Positions 1 to 13,031 of a stretch of DNA of 64,000 nucleotides are shown piece by piece. This DNA comes from Octopus vulgaris (taxonomy: Eukaryota), in NCBI GenBank assembly GCA_951406725.2, contig OX597838.1:43772001-43836000 (forward strand). Direction: 5' to 3'. The notes beneath the pieces were generated by a model. It was not told where the DNA came from, made no database searches, and was given only the letters and a program-made list of their open reading frames with translations. Both the position numbers and the translations under genes were made by a program. The first letter of the stretch is position 1, and the number at the start of each line of letters is the position of its first letter.

Positions 1-95
1 GGTCTTGTGGGCCAACCCACCTCTAGTTATCCCAAGTTCTTTCTTTGTTATCATCAAATTTATATGAAATTACTAATATAATTTTTCATTTGTAG

Positions 96-218
96 ATCTT
101 ATGGATTTTGCGGGAAGAAATAATACCGCTCGATATCATGACTGTAGTTGGTACTGGGAGAATAATTCCGGTGAACAAGACTCGATCACAGGAAGAATAC
201 TTCTACTGATGAAACTAG
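96..218 (+). CDS. Candidate internal host exon (123 nt, symmetric phase 1-1), product unknown
   Basis: Acceptor ttttcatttgtAG at 95 and donor AG|GTAAGA at 219. Only one open frame (LMDFAGRNNTARYHDCSWYWENNSGEQDSITGRILLLMKL). Non-repetitive context. No homology recognised and no partner exons found. Confidence 0.35.
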
Positions 219-697
219 GTAAGAGTCAGGCCTCCCCTGAGGAAAAGGCAAATACGTCATTTTCTTTTATAAGTTCTCAGATAACTGAACTTTGATTCCA
301 TGTGAACTGGTTCAATCTCGTTAAACGTGGACTCATTAATATTGGTGAGTGAGTAGGTGGGAAAAAACAACGCATCTATTTCACAATCTCTTCAAAGATA
401 GGTTCTTAACAACAGTTTATATAGATTAGATATGAAATTCGTCACCCAACCAATAAAAAGGAAGCAATTCATTAGTTTATAATTCTATTAGTCTCCTCAA
501 CACTATGCTGCGCATGAAAAACCAAAATGGCTACTTAAACAACTAAATGTATATAAACTGTTTGTAAGACGATCCGTTTGTTTGGTTTGAATATATTTTC
601 CGAAATATTATATGACTATGTATCAGACGAAGTCACTATTTAAATATTAAATTCTGTGGAGTCCACTCTCTTCTATCAAGTAATTCATATTATAGCG

Positions 698-966
<269 letters not shown>

Positions 967-1272
967 CCAGAGACAAGTCAAAAATAATGGTCATTACATA
1001 TTTATTAGACCAAAGTTCGCTTACAGATGTTTCCGGTAGTCATTATAGCTACATTACTGGTAGGTTTACTCAACTGGTCTGTTGATCAATTGAGGTAATT
1101 TGAACGGCCTAAGAAAATTAATGATACTTTCTTCAGACAGAGTCATAGCTAAAAATCCTTTATTTCTAACGTGTCTCTTTTATATCCCTCTGAAGTCAAT
1201 GCACGGATTTACAAAATAGAATTGGGATGAACCATAACTTGGGACTCTATCAAAAGATTACTTGAAGATTTT

Positions 1273-1691
1273 TGATCTTTTCGGTTTGAACGGCAGTTTT
1301 TTCTAGCGGTGTCATATGAAATTGTCATCCATAATTATGACCTTAGTATTCGATCTATTGCATTTCAATCTGTTTTAGGGTTAGGGTTAGGGGTGGGGGG
1401 AAGGGCATCTTTTTTTCTTCATAAATGTAAATAAATCCAATCTGTTTCTTAAACGAGGGACATATTCATACGGCACAGAATGTTTTCACCTCAATAGACG
1501 TCATTGATTGGTTGAAATTGCAGAAATTGAAGAAAAAACAACAACAAATATCCTACACACTATAGAATTTTCTCAATAAAGCCAAGAGAAAAAGATGTTT
1601 TATAAACACATTCTACCAGTATACAAAGTTTAAAAGTGTTTAGTTACGTGGAAATTATTTTAAAAAACTGCCGTTCAAACCGAAAAGATCC
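1273..1691. mobile_element. Non-autonomous DNA transposon (MITE, ~420 bp) with internal TTAGGG/G-rich tract, copy 1
   Basis: TIRs gatcttttcggtttgaacggcagtttttt ... aaaaaactgccgttcaaaccgaaaagatcc. Degenerate 8-bp TSD aagatttt/aagttctt. Near-identical second copy at 6395-6820. Confidence 0.85.
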
Positions 1692-1787
1692 AAGTTCTTC
1701 TCTAATCTGAGTAATATTGTCAGCCTGGTGTACCAACAGAGAGCTTATGAAGTATTTTACCCGGATTGATAATCCCTCACTATTTGT

Positions 1788-1834
<47 letters not shown>

Positions 1835-1844
1835 CAGTTTCAAA

Positions 1845-2040
1845 TTTTAGCAGTTTCGAGGCCAGCAATTTAGAGGGAAGGAGTAAGTCGATTACATTAA
1901 CCCCAGAGATCAACAGGTGCTCGTATTTGTTTCTATTTTTCGAATCTAAAAGAAGTCGACGTCGGTGAAATTTGAACTCTGAACGTAAAGATAGACGAAA
2001 TGCTACTTAGCATTTTGTCCGGCACGATAAGAGTTCTGAA
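1845..2040 (-). mobile_element. tRNA-derived SINE family A (degenerate)
   Basis: Matches the reverse complement of the family A body seen at 14451-14681 (aagtcgac..cggtgaaatttgaactctgaacgt). Confidence 0.7.
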
Positions 2041-2272
2041 CAAAACACATTTAGAAGCGGCTTTTTTCTCTTCTTTCATTTGTCATTTTGTCCTTTCTAC
2101 AAATCCATCGTCTGCTTCGATAAACTTCGAACAAACAAATAAATAAAAGATTATCATTAACTTTTGCATGAATAATTTTAAATCGTGTAATATTTTTTAA
2201 CTGCAGATTATTCCAGCAGCAACGACAAAAGTGGGCGGCAACATCAACAATAACAGCGTCAACTACATTTCC

Positions 2273-2305
<33 letters not shown>

Positions 2306-2609
2306 AACATGAACAGCTATGCAAACAAGCTACATCACCAACTGAAACAATACTAAAATGGTGTACATACTAACTTACTGCACATTAATCAAATTCGAAC
2401 GCTTAGTTTTGACGTAGAAGGAATTATTTCGGACATGTTGAAACAAATCGACTGAGAAAGAAAAGGAGAGCTTATCTCTAATGTGATGAGTCGGAATCGT
2501 CTTGGAAAAGAAAGAGAACGAAAAGAAACAAGGTAATCTCGTTTGTTTTAAAATAACTAATGTTATGTGCACACACACAAACACACACACACACACATAT
2601 ATGTATATG

Positions 2610-3185
2610 AGGCGCAGGCGTGACTGGGTGGTAAGAAACATGCTTCCACACCACATGGTTCTGGGTTCAGTCCCACTGCATGGCATTTTGGGTAAGTGTC
2701 TCGGGCTGACAAATGGCTTGTGAGCGGATTTGGTAGAAGCCTGTTGTATGTATGTATGTATGTATGTATGTATGTATGTATAGTTGAAATTTACACAAAA
2801 ACAAAAGACGAAGACAGGTGTATAAACAACAAGCAGATGTATTAGTTTGACGCTCGGGAAGGTGAGAAAGTCTTTTACGTTTCGAGCCTACGCTCTTCAA
2901 CAGAAAGGAATAAGAGAAAATAAACAGAAAGAGAATAAGAAAAACTTGTGGAGTTAGTGGTCAGGTCAATATATATATGTATATGTATGTGTGTGAGTCT
3001 TTGTATCTGCATTTGTCCCCCATCACTGCTTGACAACCAGTGTTGCTGTGTTTACGCCCCGGTAACTTAGCGGTTCTGCAAAAGTGCTAGCCTTACAAAG
3101 AATAAATTCTGGAGTCGATTTGTTCGACTAAAACCCTCAAGGCGGTGCTGTAGCATGGCCACAGTCAAATGACTGAAACAAGTAA
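2610..3185 (+). mobile_element. tRNA-derived SINE family B, split by an insertion in its internal microsatellite
   Basis: Head ggcgcaggcgtgactgggtggtaag...ggttcagtccc at 2610-2745 and tail ...ggccacagtcaaatgactgaaacaagt at 2990-3185. Compare the full copy at 39999-40410. Confidence 0.8.
2872..2907 (-). ncRNA. Minimal hammerhead-like motif (core CUGUUGA, A6 variant) in a small element (~2780-2965)
   Basis: Minus strand reads CTTT CTGTTGA A GAGC gtag GCTC GAAACGTA AAAG. Stems I and II are perfect. Related to the 18753 and 29362 copies. Confidence 0.55.
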
Positions 3186-3192
3186 TAGAGAA

Positions 3193-3228
<36 letters not shown>

Positions 3229-3230
3229 GC

Positions 3231-3288
<58 letters not shown>

Positions 3289-3694
3289 ATATGTATATAT
3301 ACACATACATATAGACATTATATTTATATATAGATATATATATACACAGACACGCACAAATATATACATAAATGTGTGTGCATAATACATATGTGTATAG
3401 ACTGTTTGCTAAAACAGCTATATACATTGATTCATATATATATATGTGTATGTATTATGTATGCATATGTATGTATATGTATGTATGTATGTTTGTATGT
3501 GTATGCCTTTACATACATTCATATGTGTGTATATATATAGACACACACGCAAGGGTGATGGGTAAAAAGAGTAAACGCATACATATACATGTATGTATGT
3601 TTGAGTGTACATACGTATTCATGTATTTGTACATATATATGCATATATACGAATATATGTGTATGCGTGGACATGTGTGTATGTGTGGATGTAT

Positions 3695-4003
3695 GTCACG
3701 TGATCACGTGACTGACCAGGCTATCAGCTGTTGCTACACATCGCTGGTCACAATGCGCTTTGCATTGTTTTAGCCTTCAAATGACGCCACGCCGCTGGCT
3801 AAGCGAGCAGGCCAACAGAAGACAGAGTGAAAGAAAGTTGTGGCGAAAGAGTACAGTAGGGATCGCGACAACCACCTGCCGGAGCCCCGTGGAGCTTCAA
3901 GCGTTTTCGCTCAATAAGCACTCACAACGCCCTGTCTGAGAATCGAAACCGCGATCTTATGACCGCGAGTCCGCTGCCATAAGCACTGGGCCATTGCACC
4001 TCC
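3695..4003 (-). mobile_element. tRNA-derived SINE family C (resembles octopus OR-type SINEs)
   Basis: Minus strand ggaggtgcaatggcccagtg..cggactcgcggtc..ggtttcgattc shows A/B boxes. Tail tcacgtgatcacgtga. Second copy at 62920-63231. Confidence 0.8.
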
Positions 4004-4589
4004 ACGTGGATGTGTATATGTGTGCGTATATGCTTGTTTCTCTGTGTATATATATATCGACGTATGGAAAGATACGTATGTGTGTATATGTATACGTGCG
4101 TACAAATTTTCATAACTTTATTAATACCTTATAAACGAAGTTTCCATTCTTTTATTAACTTACCTTTTATAAACTTACCTTATTTAATTTTTAAATTTCC
4201 TCTATCATCTCTATTTAATTTATTCATTTGTTGTTCTAATTCTATTTACCAACTCTGTCTTATTTCCAACAGACCTGTTAACCCCTCGCCCGCACATTTA
4301 ACAGTACAAATCATACCCCGTATCATTCAGTCTGCTACAATGAATCCATAAACACATATAAAACATCTAAGTAGATATTTTTCTCTCTCTGAAGTTGTGC
4401 TCAGGTCATATAAATATGAATTTAATATTTACTTAATATTTTGTATTGATTGAAACAGCTGTAAGGAAGATGATTAATTTGCTGTTAATAATAAACAGTT
4501 ATTAACTTCCCAATTACCATTTTCTTTTTCTTCTTTTATATATATTGGATGTTCCGGGAACTCTTTCAAGCAACATCTCCATGCTCCCA

Positions 4590-4795
4590 GTTTGCTGGAC
4601 ATTGTTGTAGAGCTATTTCTACTGTTCTCCTCTGGAAGCCATCTGCTCGCGATACCAGAGGTCGCACACTCTCCTACCTTGATGTAATCTCCGTAATGCT
4701 ATGATGGACCGTGAAGTCTGGCGTAACATAGTAAGCTCCATTGTCTCGACCACGGTCGAACCCTAACCCACGGTCAAATGATGATAATGATGATT
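4590..4795 (+). mobile_element. 3' end of an RTE-like LINE with (ATG)n tail
   Basis: Translates to FAGHCCRA..LLWKP..RGRTLSY..AMMDREVWRNIV, typical of the RTE ORF C-terminus, then ATGATGATAATGATGAT. Confidence 0.55.
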
Positions 4796-5179
4796 TGATA
4801 TGATCAGTTCCTTCTATAGTTTGTGTCTTTCGGACCAAGTACCCATATTCTATCTTCTCAGTGAAGTGGTTCATTTCTTTTTATTTTGTTCCCTTGATAT
4901 ATGAAATTTAACACTACCTCCTCATCAACTCTTGTTTTATATCTCTCCTCAAGTTCATTAGCTACACTAATCAGTTTGTTGATTTCATGGCCACAAATGT
5001 GGGCACGATAGTTACTGGTATCTTATCCCTGCTGCAGATGTTGCGTCAGTGTCACAATACGTGCTTCATACGACATGAATAAAGATTCGAGGCCAAGACC
5101 ACCAGCCTTCGGTGAGCCTACATCTTTATTGACGTTTACGTTTACTGAAACACTGAGCAGCTGTCCAGTTCGCAGTTTA

Positions 5180-5328
5180 CATGCCGGTCTTCTATCAGTG
5201 TTCGTCTGCCAAATCCACTCACAAGGCCCAAGGCTACAGTAGAAGAAACTTGCCCAAAGTACCACGTAGTGGGACTGAACCCGGGTTCATGTGGTTGGGA
5301 AGCAAGCATTTTACCACACAGCCACGCT
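5180..5328 (-). mobile_element. SINE family B head
   Basis: Reverse complement of the family B tRNA-like head (gggactgaacccgg..accacacagccac). Confidence 0.75.
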
Positions 5329-5723
5329 GGATAGTGTTGTTGTTTATGACAAGCCAGAGTTGAGAGTTACACGACATCAATGCGAGAAAGTTATGGTCGC
5401 ATTATACTAATACACCGTTGTAGACTGTAGCAGCCAAAAACAATTTGTCAATACACAAAAATTATATATATATATATATACACGCGCGCCCAGAAATACA
5501 CAGAAATACACACACACACATACACGCACACATACGCGCACACATTTGTGTGTGTATGTATGCGTTATTGTTTATGTATTTCACGAGTCACAGATTACCG
5601 TTATTAACAAAAAAACTACAAGAGAATATCTATAATTTAAATTTATGTTCCATATGAAATAACTGTATAATATACAGCGTAATATAATATATGATATAAA
5701 ATATATATACTATGTCTCTCCAC

Positions 5724-5803
<80 letters not shown>

Positions 5804-5843
5804 TATCTATCTATCTATATATATATATATATATATATATCTT

Positions 5844-5895
<52 letters not shown>

Positions 5896-6277
5896 CATAT
5901 ATATGTATATATATATATATATGTTTGTGTGTATAGATATATTATATACGTACTTCTGCCTTTCGGTTGTATATATGTGTGTGTGTAGATGCCTGTGAGT
6001 GTGCGTGTATGTTTATGTTTATATGTACATCTATATATGTTTGTATACAGTAGATAAATCTCAATGAACAACTATGGAACACGTCCCTTCTCTTCCATTC
6101 TACACAAATCATTATTATCTGTTTTCAACATTCCAGCATCTTTTGAATGTCTTACATCACGCTGAATATTAACAAATTCCTTCTTATTTTCTTCCCGTAT
6201 TGTTCGCAGTAGCGGAAATTAGAAGAAAATTTTTGCTCCATTATTTACACACACGCACACGTTCACGCACACGCACG

Positions 6278-6343
<66 letters not shown>

Positions 6344-6394
6344 TACATACACATATATATACGCACACATGCAAGCACACAGATACCGATATTT

Positions 6395-6820
6395 GGATCT
6401 TTTCGTTTTGAACAGCAGTTTTTTCTAGCGGTGTCATATGAAATTGTCACCCATAATTATGACCCTAGTATCGATCTATTGCATTTCAATCTGTTTTAGA
6501 GTTAAAGTTAGAGTTAGGGTTAGGGGTGGGGGGAAGGGTATCTTTTTTCTTCAGAAATGTAAATAAACCCAATCTGCTTCTTAAACGAGGACATATTCAT
6601 ACGGCACTGAATGTTTTCACCTCAATAGACGTCATTGATTAGTTGAAATTGCAGAAAATGAAGAAAAAACCCCCAAATATCTTACAGACTATAGAATTTT
6701 CTCAATAACGCCAAGAGAAAAAGATATTTTATAAGCACATTCTACCAGTATACGAAGTTTAAAAGTGTTTAGTTACGTGGAAATTATTTTTAAAAACTGC
6801 CGGTCAAACCGAAAAGATAC
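6395..6820. mobile_element. MITE with internal TTAGGG tract, copy 2
   Basis: Termini GGATCTTTTCG...CGAAAAGATAC. Perfect 8-bp TSD cgatattt at 6387-6394 and 6821-6828. Confidence 0.9.
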
Positions 6821-7109
6821 CGATATTTCTCTCTCTCATCTCTCAATCCCTTAACTCTCCCTTTATATGTTGTAGTTCGTGAGTGTGTGCATGTGTGTAT
6901 GTATGTGTGTGTGTGTGTGTATGCACACATATATATCTTTGTCTTTCACTAGTCTCAGCTAGAGAACGGCAGCCATGTGGAGGCACCGCCTTGAAAAATG
7001 TTAGTCGATCGAATCGATCTCAGTACTTCTGTTTTGAAAGCCAGGTACTTATTTTATCTTATTTTTTGCCGAACCGCTAAGTTACGGGGGACATAAACAA
7101 AACAATACC

Positions 7110-7284
7110 CAGTTCTATATTTAAGAGATGAGGAATTATGTACGTTATTTACATTTGACGGATATTTGTCCTCACCTTGTTTGTTGTTAACACAATGTTT
7201 CGGCTGATATACCCTCCAGCCTTCATCAGGTGCCTTGGGGAAATTTCGAACCTGGGTTCTCATCCCTAAGGTATTTTTCGATGA

Positions 7285-7315
<31 letters not shown>

Positions 7316-7690
7316 GTTGTTCAGGTCACTGCTTGGAATCGTGAGGTTAGTAGCCGCGCTCTTAACCACTACGCCATATACCCGTGGGCAATTATGGAGG
7401 GAATTTTAAGGCTTATAAATCTAATATTTTTCTATCCTTCCCTAATACCGGTTCCCATATGCCACTAATATCTGCACTCTGCTTAAGTTGTTGTGTCCTA
7501 GCATGTGTTCTGCTTATTTTAGTTTTTGTATTTTCCAGTGGTCTTCTCTGTCTATTATTTTAACTTTATCCCACAGGGAGAGGTGCTCTCCATTTTCCAT
7601 ACATGATCAGCTGTATCCGATTTATCATTATCTCCTCGTGTCACAGCTTTGCGATGTTTGTCTACCCTTATTTTGAGGGGGTTTTTGAGG
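7110..7690 (-). mobile_element. Small non-coding element with tRNA-like segment, (AAT)n and hammerhead motif
   Basis: Minus strand order: tggcgtagtggttaagagcgcgg (A-box-like, ~7355-7377), (AAT)n, hammerhead at 7189-7234. The 3' end abuts a SINE B tail (6940-7110). The 5' boundary is uncertain. Confidence 0.55.
7189..7234 (-). ncRNA. Minimal type I hammerhead ribozyme motif (slightly decayed)
   Basis: GGCAC CTGATGA A GGCTG gagggtatat CAGCC GAAACATT GTGTT. Canonical core, 5-bp stem II. Stem III is probably GAAACGTT with one substitution. Confidence 0.7.
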
Positions 7691-7827
7691 GACAGTTTTT
7701 GCTAGAATAGAACCGATATGTCAATTCTATCCAGACTAGTATAAACGCTACACCTTTAAAAATGGACTTGTTTGATTGGTCCTTTACAAATAACGGTCAA
7801 TTTTTGAGCGATAAACAAAAATGAGCT

Positions 7828-7873
<46 letters not shown>

Positions 7874-8079
7874 TATAAAATTCGAGGAAAAAACCTACAT
7901 CGAATCTTTGGTTAAAATGCATATTGTCATTAATAAAGGTAATTATATTTCCTTTATTAATGACAATATGTATTTTAACCAAAGATTCGATGTAAGGTTT
8001 TTTCCTCGAATTTTATAATTTTTTTCATATATATATATATATATATATTTTTTTTTGAGCTCATTTTTGTTTATCGCTC

Positions 8080-8110
<31 letters not shown>

Positions 8111-8208
8111 GTAAAGGACCAATCAAACAAGTCCATTTTTAAAGGTGTAGCGTTTATACTAGTCTGGATAGAATTGACATATCGGTTCTATTCTAGCAAA
8201 AACTGTCC
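7690..8208. repeat. Large nested inverted repeat (~520 bp)
   Basis: Arms 7690-7794/8103-8208, 7806-7830/8055-8079 and 7870-7939/7951-8020 are near-perfect reverse complements. Confidence 0.95.
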
Positions 8209-8240
8209 GACGAACGGCAACGTGAAACTCAGAGTAACAG
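8203..8240 (+). ncRNA. Minimal hammerhead motif, U4C core variant
   Basis: CTGT CCGACGA ACG gcaa CGT GAAACTC a GAGTA ACAG. Perfect stem I, GNRA-capped stem II, palindromic stem III, GUA site. AATAAA follows about 27 nt downstream. Confidence 0.7.
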
Positions 8241-8359
8241 GTTTTGTTGAATTTTCTGCTGCTTTAAATAAAAGCATATTACTCTACCACTGGTATTTGA
8301 GTACTCTTTTTTCCACCTTGTTTCACATTTATGTGTTTACTCCGGTATATATATATATG

Positions 8360-8680
8360 TGTCACCTTGGGCAAGTGTCTTCTGCTATAGCCTCGGGTCG
8401 ACCAAAGCCTTGTGAGTGGATTTGGTAGACGGAAACTGAAAGAAGCCCGTCGTATATATGTATATGTATATATATGTGTGTGTGTTTGTGTGTCTGTCTA
8501 TGTTCCCCACCCCCAATATCGCTTGACAACAGATGCTGGTGTGTTTACGTCCCCGTAACTTAGCGGCTCGGCAAACAGAGACCGATAGAATAAATACTAG
8601 GCTTACAAAGAATAAGTCATGGGGTCGATTTCCTCGACCAAAGGCGGTGCTACAGCATGGCCGCAGTCAAACAAGTAAAG
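8360..8680 (+). mobile_element. SINE family B (5'-truncated)
   Basis: caccttgggcaagtgtcttctgctatagcc...gcatggccgcagtcaaa. Confidence 0.8.
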
Positions 8681-10624
8681 AGTATATATGTATGTGTGTG
8701 TGCGTGTGTGTGTGTGTGTGTTTGGTTTTATGTTTAGTTATAATAAAAGAACCTAGACATAGACTCACACACACTTATATGGCTCTGTTGTCAAGCGATG
8801 TTTATGATTCTCAGGCAGCGTTTCCCTTCCATTTGCTTGTTGTCTGTGAATCGTTTACATCTTGGGCTTTCGCTGTTCTTCGTTGGCCTTCATTCTCGAA
8901 AGGCTGATTTGGCTCAGGTAGGGTGAAGCTAATCACCGATTGTCAGAACTCAAATGGTTTTTTAAATATTTATGAGCCTCAGAAGCAGTATTAATCTCGA
9001 GACCTAATATCCATCCCCGCTTAAACGTGGATGGTCTGTTAAAGCATAGTGTACTCACCGTCCTCACCGTCAGGCAGTGGCAGTTTCTCTCATCATATCT
9101 ACCGCAATACAGTTTGTGCTAACAGAACATCAACGTTTAAGTTGGTATAAATATATCGTTTGGAATAAAACGTTGGGTGAGAACTGAAAATACTGTTTAT
9201 CATTGAACTCGGTGACCCCGTGCTGTCAAAAATGACGGCTAATTGTCGTACTTTATATATAAATGAGGTACAAAACCAAGATTTTAGTTTAATAATCTTT
9301 TTATTACCATTTTTTTTTTCTTTTGTGTGAAAAATCTCTCTGCAACTAACGTCCCTTGACTGCTTGTTTCCTTCAAAAGAATTTTAAAGTTTTCCTTCCT
9401 TGTACAACATAAAGTTGGCCGTGACTGAATACGGGATAGGATATGGATGGTAAATCAAATTAATACACTTGTCAATGTTATCGAGTGGTTGTCTTTTGAG
9501 ATGTTACATCGATCATCGTTTGTTACTGAAAGAACGCTGGTTCACGCATACGAACATTCACATATTCCCCTTGTACACGCACACGCATACACACATATAC
9601 TCACACAGAGTTGAAACGCTGTTTGATCTTTCTTTTCAGCGTTGAATGTTCACCATTTTACTTCCATTGCACACACACACACACACACACACGCAATCAT
9701 TCACATACCTTCCTTTTAATTACACACACACACACGCAATCATTCACATACCTTCCTTTTAATTACACACACACACACATACACAGAGTTGAAACGCTGC
9801 TTGATTTTTTCACCATAGAATTTCCATCATCCCACTACCAGTTCCTTCCTTCCTACCATCACCCCTTCCTTCCTTCCTTCTTTCCTTCCTTATTCATCTA
9901 TCACCCCTTCCTTTCTCATTCATATGTTGTGATGAAGAAAAAATCCCCAGAAGATTATCATTATAGTAGATATGAAGTGACCAAGAATTACGTAATCATA
10001 TTTATGACATTATTGTTGTTTCTGCCATAATAAGCTGAGTGCGTGTACAACACCTTATAGCAGAAACAGCTGTAAGACAATGAAGTCAATTTCGTAATTC
10101 CTGTCCTCTTGTCATTCAGTAATTAATATAACCTTTTCTAAAAGTGTGAGAGTCACTGATTCAGATTTTATTCACTGAAGCAAAAGTGGTTTGAACCTAT
10201 CAGTGGCGCTGCTCACGGTGTATAATAATAAATCTCTATTTATTCTTTGTTTTGTCCATAAAGCTGTAAATAGATACTAAAGAAAGAGTGTGGTGGTTGT
10301 GAAGTTTGAGTGATTTCTGAAACAACTGATGGCATGCATTAGAGCAACACGGGAAGTGCAGAATCGATCGGATCGGATGCATTAAAAGAACGACGCCTAT
10401 TTTATCAATTTCAAAGGAGCGATAAGGAAAGTTGGCACCAGAGAAATTGAGAAGAGAAAGAGCTGGAGGGGAGAGAGCGAAGAGGAGTGAGAAACAGTGT
10501 GTGTATAAGGGAGGGAGAGGGCACAGTGTATGAGAGAGAGAGAGGGGAAAACAAGAGTTCGAGAGAAAGACAGATGATGAGGGAGACAGAGTAAGATGTT
10601 GAGAGAGACGAACATCTTCGAATA

Positions 10625-10835
10625 TTGGTTTCAAATTTCGGCACAGGGCCAGCAATTTCGAGGTAAAGTGATAAGTCGATTACATCGACCCCAGTGCTCA
10701 GCTGGTGCTTATTATTTTATCGAACACCGAAACGATGAAAGGCAAAGTCGACGGCGGTGAAATTTGAACTCAGAACGTAAGGACGAACGATATGTCGCTA
10801 AGCATTGTTACCGATTCTGCCATCTCGCACCCTTA
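10625..10835 (-). mobile_element. SINE family A
   Basis: Homology to 14451-14681 by eye. Confidence 0.75.
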
Positions 10836-11334
10836 ACATCTTTAATTATTGTAATCCTTTTAAGCTCCTCTGATTACGTATCTCTAATGCTTGTAAATGG
10901 TTTATTATTAACTTGTAATAATTAACTAGCTGTCGTGTTAGATTCAAATGTTCTTTTTGTTAACGGTCGACGTGAATGTATCCTTTATTTACTGTATGAA
11001 AATGAACTACCTGTGAGGTTAACAAGTATGATATGCAACCATGTGGTTCTGGGTTCGGTCTCATTACACGGTACTGTTCACAAATATCTTCTTCTTTGAA
11101 TTGACTAATGCCTAATGAGTGAGATTTTGCAGATGAAAATTCATAGAATATATCCTTTGTTTTATTCTTTTAACTGGTTTTATTTGAACTGCGGTCATGC
11201 TGCAGCATCACCTATTTATTTCGTGTTTACCTAAACGTGTGTGTGTGTGTGTGTGTGTGTGTATTTTCATGCGCAGGCGCAAATAGCTGTGTGCACCCTG
11301 CCGTATTTATGCCTGTAGGAAAAGATCTGCTATC

Positions 11335-11995
11335 TTTTACTTGTTTCAGTCATTTGACTGCGACCATGCTGGGGCACTGCCTTGAAGGGTTATTGTAGAA
11401 ACAATTCGACATCAGGACTTACTTTTTTGTAAGCAGAGTACTAATTCTATCGGTTATTTTTTTGTCGAAACGCTAAGTTACGGGGACGTAAACACACCAA
11501 TACCTGTTGTCAAGCGATGGTGGAGGACAAACTCAGACACAAAGACTCACAACGCACACACACACACATACACACACACACACACACACACATGACGGGC
11601 TTTTGCCAGTTTCAGTCTACCGAATCGACACACAAGACTTTGGTTGACCCAATGCTGTAGTAGAAAACACTTGCCCAAGTTGCCTCGCAGTGGGAATGAA
11701 CCCGAACTATGTAGGTGGGAAACGAAGCGCACGGCTGTTAACACTTACCACTCGATAGACTATATATTTCTTTATTGCCCTCAAGGGGCTAAACACAGAG
11801 GGGACAAACAAGGACAGACAAAGGGATTAATTCGATTACATCGATCCTAGTGCGTAACTGGTACTTATTTAATCGATCCCGAAAAGATGAAAGGCAAAGT
11901 CGACCTCGGCGGAATTTGAACTCAGAACGTAACGGCAGACGAAATACCGCTAAGTATTTCGCCCGGCGTGCTAACGATTCTGCCAGCGCGCCACT
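11335..11995 (-). mobile_element. Adjacent SINE family B (11335-11730) and family A (11765-11995) copies
   Basis: Homology to the full copies at 39999-40410 and 14451-14681. Confidence 0.8.
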
Positions 11996-12018
11996 TTAGA
12001 ATATACTTCGATAGAATA

Positions 12019-13031
12019 TCATATCTATAAAAGGGAGGATGAGTGATTGTAATTTATGCACGTCCACAAATTAGCACGCATGTCGCTCAAATTTTAGAAC
12101 ATTCGTCAATACCCTACCTGGGTTTTCTCAACTTATTTTTTCCCCCGAGGCACCCACGGATAGGGTAAAAATCTATTTTCAACCATTTTCAACCAAAGCT
12201 TTTAACCATAACAAATATCAGCCATTGCTTTTTGATGGCGTCTAACAAAAAAAAAGATAAAGAAAAGTGGAAGAAGAAGGCAGAGAGTTTCACGGGAAAG
12301 ACAAAGTGCGAGAGGGAGAGAGAGAGAGAGAGGGAGAGTAAGTTATGATGTTCATAAAAAATAAAATGTAAAATGTTTTGTCTTTTGTTTTTGAAAGACA
12401 CTATATTTTATTATCATAGTATATATACTTTCTCACACAACAATTACAATATATTTATTTTAAATCGTTCATCTTTCTCCCCCCTCTCTCTCACACACGT
12501 TACTTTCGGTGCGAAAGTGTTTTGTTTTTATTTTACGCCGAGTAAAAAGGTGTTTTGTTGACAATCCATTTATTTAACAACAAAGAAACAAAGAGGTGAG
12601 TAACAATTTGTCAGTGAATCACACACTATAAATGGGTACAATTTGCGAGGCTTCCACCACACCCCACTCCGTTTCACGGACCACAAAAAGGGTTTTGAGG
12701 CCAGAGTAGTTGATTCCACGCAAAAAAAAAACCGATTTCTTTTCTTATGTCTGTATGTGTGTTCGTGTCTGTTGCCCATATATATTTATATTATATTATA
12801 TATATATATATAATATATACTCTTTTACTTGTTTCAGTCAATTGACTGTGGCCATGCTGGAGCACCGCCTTTAGAAGTTAGTTTACATATATATATATAT
12901 ATAATATAACTAATTTCAACGGATTTCGCCCAAATTTGACGTCTATATTACATAGCTTGGTTTGAAATAAAGAACTTGATTAGCTTAATAATCGCAACTT
13001 AATCCCGGGCAAGACCGGGTTATACTGCTAG
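12019..13031 (+). mobile_element. Non-autonomous Helitron-like element
   Basis: A|TCATATCTATAAAAG 5' start. 3' hairpin cccgggcaagaccggg followed by CTAG|T. Same 3' signature as 45527-45911. Confidence 0.55.

Noticed and set aside
1375-1400. Telomere or interstitial telomeric array (also short taaccc at ~43277)
   Set aside because: Only 2-3 units, and those at 1375 are internal to a MITE.
2207-2355. Possible exon after ttttttaactgcag with an (AAC)n run
   Set aside because: Low complexity, stops in all frames, and no donor site.
3940-4003. Genuine tRNA genes at SINE heads
   Set aside because: A/B boxes are present, but there is no complete cloverleaf and each head is fused to a repeated SINE body.
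4385-4470. CTGAAG...GAAACAGCTGTA hammerhead-like remnant (similar GAAACAGCTGTAAG at ~10063 + and ~41586 -)
   Set aside because: Palindromic stem III is present, but the core and stems I/II are too decayed to call. Probably old PLE pLTR remnants.
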